Source of the DNA: Candidatus Nomurabacteria bacterium RIFCSPLOWO2_01_FULL_42_17
GTDB lineage: Bacteria; Patescibacteriota; Minisyncoccia; Phycocordibacterales; UBA9973
Reading direction: 5' to 3'
DNA length: 43,700 nucleotides
NCBI GenBank assembly: GCA_001785985.1
Contig: MFVE01000006.1
Coordinates: 33,049 to 76,748, forward strand
A program made the position numbers and the translations under genes. Below are positions 37,027-43,700 of this stretch, piece after piece; the first letter of the stretch is position 1; each line of letters starts with the position of its first letter. Below the pieces are notes generated by a model, which saw only the letters and a program-made list of their open reading frames with translations, ran no database searches and had not been told where the DNA came from.

Positions 37027-38067
37027 ATGCACGATTTGGCTTTATATCGCAAATACAGACCGAAAAGTTTCAAAGAAGTCTTGGGGCAGGATCATATTGT
37101 GAAGGTCTTGGAGAGCTCGGTGGAGACGAACAAAGTCTCACACGCGTATCTTTTTGTTGGTTCTAGAGGTACGGGCAAGACTTCAGTGGCTCGGATTTTT
37201 GCGACAAATATCGGAGTATCGGCAAATGATCTATACGAGATAGATGCCGCTAGCAACAGGGGAATCGAAGATATTAAACTCTTGCGCGACGGCGCGCGAG
37301 TATTGCCCTTTGATTCAAAATACAAAGTTTACATCATCGATGAAGCGCACATGCTCTCGAAAGATGCTTGGGGGGCGCTCCTGAAAATCCTAGAAGAACC
37401 GCCGAAACATGTCATTTTCATGCTGGCTACGACAGAGCTTCATAAAGTTCCAGAGACGATCATTTCTCGCTGTCAGATTTTTACTTTCAAAAAGGCTTCC
37501 GACGCTATTTCTAAAAAAATGCTGATTGATGTTGCGAAAAAGGAGGGCTTTGAGCTGGACGCTGGCAGCGCCGAACTTTTAGCCATTTTAGCCGACGGTT
37601 CTTTTCGAGACGGACTAGGGGAATTGCAAAAAATTCTTAATTTTACAAAAGGAAAGAAAATTAAGAGGGAAGATGTGGAAAAAATAACCGGAGCGCCGAA
37701 AACAACCCTAGTGAATGATTTTATTTCCGCTATTGCAGAAAAAAATATAGAAAAAGGGATATCCGCTGTGCGGGAGGCTTCAGAAGCAAATTTGGATATG
37801 AAATTATATTTTAAACTTATAATTCAAAAATTCCGTATGGCGATCATTCTGCGTTACGCGCCAAAATTAAAAGAGGGCATGGCAGGGGATTTAAGAGAGG
37901 CTGATCTAGTGTTTTTGCAAGAAGTAGTGAAGGGCGATAAAGAGGGGATGATTCGTTCTCCAGCCTTAGCTGTTTTACTTGAAGCTTATCAAAATGTAGA
38001 TAACGCATTTATTGCCGAACTGCCGCTAGAAATTGCCTTGGTTAAAATAATAAACCAAAGTAAATAA
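37027..38067 (+). CDS. dnaX: DNA polymerase III subunit gamma/tau (short form)
   Basis: LYRKYRP, GSRGTGKT, EIDAASNRG, IIDEAHML, TIISRC. Confidence 0.95.
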   Translation: MHDLALYRKYRPKSFKEVLGQDHIVKVLESSVETNKVSHAYLFVGSRGTGKTSVARIFATNIGVSANDLYEIDAASNRGIEDIKLLRDGARVLPFDSKYKVYIIDEAHMLSKDAWGALLKILEEPPKHVIFMLATTELHKVPETIISRCQIFTFKKASDAISKKMLIDVAKKEGFELDAGSAELLAILADGSFRDGLGELQKILNFTKGKKIKREDVEKITGAPKTTLVNDFISAIAEKNIEKGISAVREASEANLDMKLYFKLIIQKFRMAIILRYAPKLKEGMAGDLREADLVFLQEVVKGDKEGMIRSPALAVLLEAYQNVDNAFIAELPLEIALVKIINQSK

Positions 38068-38069
38068 GG

Positions 38070-38591
38070 TCAGTAGATATAATCATACCCGGCTCTTTTA
38101 CGCAGTTTCAGTAACCCGCGATTGATTCTGACAGATGCTGTATTGGCGGATATACCCAAAACATCACCTATTTCCACTGGAGATAGGCATTCCACAAAAC
38201 GTAAATAAACCGGATCTCGATATGAGGCTGCTAATTCATCTATTCTTTCTATCAGATATCTGCCCTCTGCATTGAAGGGGATGTCTTCAGTTGTCTTCTC
38301 ATCTATCAGATCGTACATTTCTTTTTTATTTTCATTCATTCGATCTAGCGAAAAACTTTTCTTTTTACGATACCAATCAATGATCAAGTAGCGCGCTATG
38401 GTAAAAAGAAAAGCTCGCTTATTCAATATTTCCTGTTGCAAAGAGAGGCTCTGCCAAAAGCGCAAGAAAGTTTCCTGCATAATTTCCAGAGCTTGATCCC
38501 GATCGGAGACTCGAACTAGGCAAAATCGAAATATTGCATCTGATTCATCTCTATAAGCTGTTTCAAATAATTGGTTAAGATTTGTTCTCAT
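38070..38591 (-). CDS. ECF RNA polymerase sigma factor
   Basis: Region 2 EIMQETFLRFW...FLFTIARYLIIDWYRK; region 4 LSPVEIGDVLGISANTASVRINRG. Confidence 0.9.
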   Translation of the reverse strand: MRTNLNQLFETAYRDESDAIFRFCLVRVSDRDQALEIMQETFLRFWQSLSLQQEILNKRAFLFTIARYLIIDWYRKKKSFSLDRMNENKKEMYDLIDEKTTEDIPFNAEGRYLIERIDELAASYRDPVYLRFVECLSPVEIGDVLGISANTASVRINRGLLKLRKRAGYDYIY

Positions 38592-38634
38592 AATCTTAAT
38601 CTAATTTTAACAAATTAAAAATTAAAGTCAAGCC

Positions 38635-38677
38635 AAAAACCATAAATCCGCACTTTGATGCGGATTTATGGTTTTTT
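38635..38677. terminator. Intrinsic terminator
   Basis: aaaaaccataaatccgca-ctttga-tgcggatttatggttttt, perfect 18-bp stem. Confidence 0.85.
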
Positions 38678-38717
38678 CGACCTTGTTGAATTTTCTAAAA
38701 ATGATCCTTACATCTCT

Positions 38718-39341
38718 TTACCTCACTATAGGCAGAAGCTTGATGATGCCGTATCCCACAAAGAAGGCAACCACGGCTGCCACTGCTATCGGTGTCCATG
38801 GCAGAGTGGCGCCAGAATCATCAATTCCGCCTATTGCCGATGCCGCCAAGCTGGAGTTATCAACGCCGAGTCCTCCATTTTGAAAAGCCAGCGCTTCAAT
38901 TTCTGGATCAAAGCCGCCTCCGGTTCCAAAATCAGAACTATTTGCATTTGAAGGACCCAAGGCAATGAGTCCGCTCGAGTCGACATCTGTACCTGCATTG
39001 ACTCCTAGATTATTCTGATCGCCGAAAACATTGCCTGTGAGCCTAGCACTTCCACTTCCGCTTCCACCACTCGCGTTCGAATTTGAACCTCCGACAACAA
39101 CTCCCCTTATATCACCGCTATTTCCCCCTCCACCTGTCCCTCCTCCTATTGTTCCCGAAGTTTCAGACGAAGAACTTGAAGATGCTGTCGCCGAGATTGT
39201 TCCGTTCAGACTTGATGATGAACCGGTGCCCGCATGCGAAGTGAGTGTGCCGCTCGTTTCCGAAGCATACAGAACGGAAACCCCTAGTGCAAAGATCATC
39301 GCTATACCTATTATTTTTTCTGCGGTTATGATGCGAATCAT
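38718..39341 (-). CDS. Secreted Gly/Ser-rich protein with a C-terminal membrane anchor
   Basis: Signal peptide ending VLYA|SE, low-complexity G/S tracts, hydrophobic C-terminal helix with basic residues. Confidence 0.8.
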   Translation of the reverse strand: MIRIITAEKIIGIAMIFALGVSVLYASETSGTLTSHAGTGSSSSLNGTISATASSSSSSETSGTIGGGTGGGGNSGDIRGVVVGGSNSNASGGSGSGSARLTGNVFGDQNNLGVNAGTDVDSSGLIALGPSNANSSDFGTGGGFDPEIEALAFQNGGLGVDNSSLAASAIGGIDDSGATLPWTPIAVAAVVAFFVGYGIIKLLPIVR

Positions 39342-39355
39342 TTTATTGTTAATGA

Positions 39356-40312
39356 TTATTCTTCAGTTGTTAAGATGCCCCAGTTTGTGGAGTACGAACC
39401 ATTTAAGGTTCCAGATGGTACTCGAGTCTCCACTTTTACTTGTATCTGTCGTCCTGCCGCACTGCTATCTGTGTCGCCGGTAATATTGAGTGCAGGAGTC
39501 GAATACGTACTGGATGCTCCTATCACTACTGGGCTTGTGTCGCTTGCTTGCTGTGATGAGATTCGAATATTGCTTCCAGCCGTAATACTATTTGTGCCGT
39601 TCGCATGCATCCAGTCGTCAAATTTCATCTGGAGTGATGTTTCATTTGTTGGCACCGTTACGTTAAAAGTCCAAATCCATCCATCTTCAAACGTGCCGTT
39701 TGCTGTGGCAATAGACTGTTCTTGGGTAATCGAAGTTACTGCCAGGGTACCACTCTCTCCATCAGATCCGCCGGTAACATCACCTTCAATTGTTCCATCA
39801 TCTTCACTGCTGTCAGCAGGAGGTTCTTCTCCATCGCCTCCATCCCCGACAGTTCCATCATCGTTCGTATCAATCGCTACCGTATTGCCATCGGTAAACG
39901 CGGTGACAGTCGTGCTTCCGTCATCATTTTGCAATGTACAATCTATTGATAATTCTCCTGCGGCAACTTCATCATCGGATGAGCCAATCAGATAATCTAC
40001 TTTATAAAGTCCGTCGGTGAGATCGACTAATTCAGTCATTGCAACTCCGTTTACAGTACACGAACTTCCCAAGGAAAGAGTGCTAGTTCCGTCCGTCTCT
40101 TGAAAGAAAACTGTTATTGTATTTCCCGCAATCAAAGTTCCTGAGTCAGGCACAGCTGCTACTGCAGAAAATGAAGGAGGAGCGCCCTCAGCATTAGTAA
40201 TGAGCGCGGTTGAGGCCACACCAAACAACCCTAAAAGGAGGGCGAGAACCGTGAACACAGCCAAGATTTTATTTTTGAATACACTTTTTAACGTCATTGG
40301 ATAGTAATTCAT
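39356..40312 (-). CDS. Secreted acidic Thr/Asp/Gly-rich surface protein (two beta-rich domains)
   Basis: Signal peptide after M at 40312 or 40297; acidic linker; C-terminus VETRVPSGTLNGSYSTNWG; the ORF-track start 40423 lies in the leader. Confidence 0.8.
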   Translation of the reverse strand: MNYYPMTLKSVFKNKILAVFTVLALLLGLFGVASTALITNAEGAPPSFSAVAAVPDSGTLIAGNTITVFFQETDGTSTLSLGSSCTVNGVAMTELVDLTDGLYKVDYLIGSSDDEVAAGELSIDCTLQNDDGSTTVTAFTDGNTVAIDTNDDGTVGDGGDGEEPPADSSEDDGTIEGDVTGGSDGESGTLAVTSITQEQSIATANGTFEDGWIWTFNVTVPTNETSLQMKFDDWMHANGTNSITAGSNIRISSQQASDTSPVVIGASSTYSTPALNITGDTDSSAAGRQIQVKVETRVPSGTLNGSYSTNWGILTTEE

Positions 40313-40664
40313 AATTTTTTTTGCTAATTTAATTAATGATAATTCATCGTAAGGTGGTGCTGCTAAATAAACTGGGAAGAGGCCATCCAACAATTCACCT
40401 AACAACGCCAGCTTATGCTGCACGTATAAAACGTTATAAACTTATAATAAACCGACCAATATTACAGATACCTCATGGGTACTCGAGCTCGGGGCAAAAT
40501 CCTGCCCACAGTAGTACCCGTACTAGTCGACGGTTGGGTAGCGGTATTATTACAGAGAATTTTAATCTAAATTTAATATTCGAGATGTGTCAAGATAGCA
40601 AAATTTCCTATTTATATAGTTTTTTTGAAGGATTTATGATATAAATTAAGATGTTTTGTAGCAT

Positions 40665-40738
40665 TGCGGGATCGTCTAACGGTAGGACGTTCGCCTTTGA
40701 AGCGAAAAATTTTGGTTCGATTCCAAGTCCCGCAGCCA
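40665..40738 (+). tRNA. tRNA-Gln (TTG)
   Basis: Acceptor TGCGGGA/TCCCGCA, anticodon arm TTCGC-CTTTGAA-GCGAA, T-loop TTCGATT, encoded CCA. Confidence 0.95.
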
Positions 40739-40758
40739 AAGTCTGATATAATATAAAT

Positions 40759-41058
40759 ATGAAAAATCCATTCCTGAACGCTTTGGCGGCAGCGCTTTAC
40801 ATAGTGGTTGTTGTCTTTGTTATAAGCTCAATAACATCGGACGCCCATGAAGAAACTCTTCTGATACCAATAACTATGCTTAGTTTGTTAGTACTTTCTG
40901 TCTCTGTGATGGGGTTGCTATTTTTCTACGAACCCGCACGCCTTTTCTTGGAAAATAAAAATCGCGAGGCAATTTTATTTTTCGTAAAAACTGTCGGGAC
41001 TTTTGCTTGTTTCGTAATTATTCTTATTGCTTTGCTTTTTTATACTCCAATTTTGTAA
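40759..41058 (+). CDS. Hypothetical 3-TM membrane protein
   Basis: Three hydrophobic segments; TGaTATAAT 6 nt before ATG. Confidence 0.8.
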   Translation: MKNPFLNALAAALYIVVVVFVISSITSDAHEETLLIPITMLSLLVLSVSVMGLLFFYEPARLFLENKNREAILFFVKTVGTFACFVIILIALLFYTPIL

Positions 41059-41062
41059 TAAA

Positions 41063-41117
41063 AAAACCAGGGGAGCTTCATGCATAATATGCAGAAGTAT
41101 CCCACTGGTTCTTGTGA
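41063..41117 (-). terminator. 3' hairpin/terminator, copy B (shared with 23045-23100)
   Basis: Minus strand: tcacaagaaccagtgggatacttctgcatattatgcatgaagctcccctggtttt. Confidence 0.8.
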
Positions 41118-41143
41118 ATTTTCCTAAAATTGTGGTGCGGTTT

Positions 41144-42019
41144 TTACCGCATAATAAATCGACGTTCTTTCAGCCGATTACGTAGTTTCGAGAAAATCTG
41201 CTTCTCGATTTTACAAACACATTGGCGTGATACACCGAAGTGTTTGGCGATTTGTTTCATCGTCTTTTGTTCTGATTCTATTCCAAAGTGCCAGCGAACG
41301 ATGCTTAGCTCGCGCTCGGAAAGCGCTTTCCTAAGTATTTCGACTAACTCCTCTTTTTCAGCTCTCTCCTCGAACTCTTCTGAGGGTGAAAGCGCTTTTT
41401 CGTCAGGAATAATTTCAAAGAGATGACTTTCTTTACCGTCGCCGTTCCTGCCGATCGGAGCATGTAACGAAATCGGCTGTTTTACCGCATCACGCCACCT
41501 TCTGACAAGTTTCTCCGACATGCCCATAGCCTTGCCGATCTGTTTGTCGGTAGGTTCCTCCTCGAACTTTACATAGAGTTTTTTGGTGATACCATTGACA
41601 CTCTTAAATCTCTCCATAGCGTCGCCAGGTATCCTAATGGTCCTAGGAAGCCAGGTTAGGGCTCGTTTTATTTTTTGCTTTATCCACCAGACAGCATAAG
41701 TGGATAGCCTGCACCTCTTTTTCTCGCTGAATCTTTCCACCGCTTTCATCAGCCCAGTGTTTCCTTCACTGATGAGGTCCAAAAGAGGTAGTCCCATGTC
41801 TGTATAATGGGACGCAATTTTCACTACAAAACGAAGATTGCTGTTTATTAGTGCCTCCCGGGCTTTTTTGTCACCTTTTTTCATGCGACGAAAAAGTTCC
41901 TGCTCTTGTTTCATACTAAGTCGGTCGAATTGGCCCATGTCTCGCAGATAGAGATGGAGAGCCGTTTTTTCATCGGCCTCCACGGCATCCTCTAAAGCAT
42001 GATGATTCAAGTTTTCCAT
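41144..42019 (-). CDS. Sigma-70 family factor (RpoD/RpoS-like, regions 1.2-4, divergent)
   Basis: LHLYLRDMG, NLRFVVKIA, DLISEGNTGLMKAVERF, STYAVWWIKQ, RTIRIP, PISLHAPIG. Confidence 0.92.
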   Translation of the reverse strand: MENLNHHALEDAVEADEKTALHLYLRDMGQFDRLSMKQEQELFRRMKKGDKKAREALINSNLRFVVKIASHYTDMGLPLLDLISEGNTGLMKAVERFSEKKRCRLSTYAVWWIKQKIKRALTWLPRTIRIPGDAMERFKSVNGITKKLYVKFEEEPTDKQIGKAMGMSEKLVRRWRDAVKQPISLHAPIGRNGDGKESHLFEIIPDEKALSPSEEFEERAEKEELVEILRKALSERELSIVRWHFGIESEQKTMKQIAKHFGVSRQCVCKIEKQIFSKLRNRLKERRFIMR

Positions 42020-42106
42020 ATTTGCCTTCCTCGCCGATAGGCGTTGTTATGCTCTGACTTTGGTCGGAGCGGGTTTAACTATCATTTTTCAAAGAATTCT
42101 TACCAA

Positions 42107-42135
42107 TTTTTATATCATACAATGTATCAAAAGTC
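42107..42135 (-). promoter_or_regulatory. Sigma70-type promoter for the accessory sigma gene
   Basis: Minus strand: TTGACT upstream of overlapping TATGAT/GATATA -10 candidates, followed by a TTCTTTGAAAA boxA-like motif and a ~85-nt leader; the spacing is not canonical. Confidence 0.45.
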
Positions 42136-42162
42136 AAATCAGCCAAATGTTAAGATGTATAG

Positions 42163-43248
42163 ATGCGCATGTTAAAACCCGTTACTAATTTTTATACCAG
42201 ATTTGAACATCCGATTTCATCCCTCTTTCTGATTTTTGGATTCGTCTTTGACGCTTTGACCTTGAAGCGCGTAGATACGCTTTGGGAGAATCTCTGGATC
42301 GTGAGCTATCTGATAATTATCGGGGCCTTTATCGCATTCATTCACATCAGAGAAGATAAGTCTGGAGGCGAGAAAAATCTCACTAAGGCTCATTTTTGGT
42401 CTGTGAATATACTTCAGTTTGCCTTTGGAGGTGTTTTCTCAGCTTATTTAGTCCTATATTTTCGGAGCGCAGATATCATGGTGGCATGGCCATTCATCGC
42501 TCTTCTCGCGACGATTTTTATTGCTAATGAATTTTTCAAAAAACACTACGTCAGACTTGGCCTTCAAATAAGTTTGTATTTTCTTGCGATCTATTCATTC
42601 ATGATTTTCTTAATGCCGGTAATCCTGCACAAGATAGGCTCTTGGATATTTTTACTCTCTGGCTTGCTTAGCCTTTTGCTTATCACTCTCTTTATCAAGG
42701 TTTTATTTCGTTTTACAAAAGACAAGTTTGCTAAAAGTAAGAGATTGGTAATATTTTTAATTTCAAGTATTTTTATTTTAGTTAATTTGCTTTATTTTCT
42801 AAATCTGATTCCTCCGATCCCACTTTCACTAAAAGATGTTGGCATGTATCATACAGTGCATAAAACAGAACATGGATATGTCATTATTGATGAAGAACAC
42901 AGTTGGAAAGATTATTTCAATTTATATCCTGATTTCAATAAGACGCCGAATTCCTCTATCTATGCTTTTAGCGCTGTTTTTTCTCCTAAAAATTTGGATA
43001 TTACCATTTTGCATGAGTGGCAACGTTATGATGAAAAAGGGGAGAAGTGGATAACGGAAAGCATCATACATTTGCCGGTAATTGGTGGGCGAGACAGAGG
43101 CTTCCGTACATATTCTAAACGTTCAAATCTAGCAGCCGGCAAATGGCGAGTAAACGTCAAAACCGAAGAAGGAAAGTTGATCGGGCGAATGCGATTTACG
43201 ATCGTACTGGTGGATACGAACCCGCCACTTAAGATTTTGATAAAATAG
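42163..43248 (+). CDS. Multi-TM membrane protein with a DUF2914-like C-terminal domain
   Basis: About 7 TM segments, IPPIPLSL, FSAVFSP, HEWQ, GGRDRGFRTYS, GKWRVNVKT. Confidence 0.8.
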   Translation: MRMLKPVTNFYTRFEHPISSLFLIFGFVFDALTLKRVDTLWENLWIVSYLIIIGAFIAFIHIREDKSGGEKNLTKAHFWSVNILQFAFGGVFSAYLVLYFRSADIMVAWPFIALLATIFIANEFFKKHYVRLGLQISLYFLAIYSFMIFLMPVILHKIGSWIFLLSGLLSLLLITLFIKVLFRFTKDKFAKSKRLVIFLISSIFILVNLLYFLNLIPPIPLSLKDVGMYHTVHKTEHGYVIIDEEHSWKDYFNLYPDFNKTPNSSIYAFSAVFSPKNLDITILHEWQRYDEKGEKWITESIIHLPVIGGRDRGFRTYSKRSNLAAGKWRVNVKTEEGKLIGRMRFTIVLVDTNPPLKILIK

Positions 43249-43700
43249 AAGTTAATTTCTGAAAACCTTGTTCATCATAGAGAATTGTTTTTAAGTTTGG
43301 ATATTTCACAAAATTTAGATCTGCAAAATGTTTAGCTTTGTCATCAATAAACACTACCTCTTCGTCTTTATGTCTCTCGCATATTTTTTCTATCGCTTCT
43401 TTTTTACCCTCTGGCACAATATTAATTTCAGTAAAAAATGATTCAATTCCTGTATTTTGTATTTTATCTTTCTGCCATGCCTCATCTGCGCTATGAGTTA
43501 CAATGTAACAATTTTCTTTCCCCAATTTCTTAACAATGTCTAGTAAATCTTTGTTTATAAAATTTTTACTATCATCCAGTAATTTTACATATAAATTTCC
43601 TTTCACTGAAAAATGATCCAATATCTTTCTGAGCCCAAATTGGGCTCCCCCTACTTTTTTATAATATTCTTCTGCCTCGGCACGCGACACTCCGGCTTTT
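43229..43700 (-). CDS. HAD-superfamily hydrolase (partial, 5' end outside the window)
   Basis: IVTH, QKDKI, VVFIDDK motif IV; the frame stays open to the window edge. Confidence 0.75.
   Translation of the reverse strand, partial: KAGVSRAEAEEYYKKVGGAQFGLRKILDHFSVKGNLYVKLLDDSKNFINKDLLDIVKKLGKENCYIVTHSADEAWQKDKIQNTGIESFFTEINIVPEGKKEAIEKICERHKDEEVVFIDDKAKHFADLNFVKYPNLKTILYDEQGFQKLTSILSKS

Noticed and set aside
40313-40423. N-terminal extension of the secreted protein; also a c-di-AMP (ydaO) riboswitch call
   Set aside because: The signal peptide begins after M 40312. Only fragments (ggtgaat, ctcttccc) resemble ydaO and the core motifs are missing, so no class was assigned.
38070-42019. tRNA-Gln-anchored genomic island or prophage
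   Set aside because: No integrase, no duplicated tRNA 3' end found and no phage genes.

Overview
Housekeeping-dominated chromosomal window from a small-genome, AT-rich bacterium. Gene content and short protein variants suggest Patescibacteria/CPR, probably Parcubacteria (inference); the genetic code is standard. It holds rpmE, prfA, an RRM protein, a complete F1Fo ATP synthase operon, rsmI, mreB, a holB-like gene, frr, rseP, an M24 peptidase, ddl, alr, rpmG, a ThDP enzyme plus aldehyde dehydrogenase, miaA, murA, parB, relA/spoT, topA, hicBA, type II glutamine synthetase, dprA, serS, an ftsQ-like gene, dus, dnaX, an ECF sigma, secreted proteins and four tRNAs (Ile, Trp, Leu, Gln). The notable structure is fine-scale. 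(1) At least eight short palindromes sit in-frame inside conserved genes. (2) About 17 core genes look leaderless (-10 box 6-7 nt before the start), whereas five solitary accessory units carry leaders, Shine-Dalgarno-like sites and their own terminators; two of them share one 3' hairpin. (3) A frameshifted rsmI'-'atpC chimera records the joining of two diverged alleles of the atpC-X-rsmI locus. (4) A ~75-bp inverted-repeat element occurs twice and contains the start codon of the next gene. (5) There are several unexplained structured intergenic sequences. Protein calls come from motif recognition; no database searches were run.
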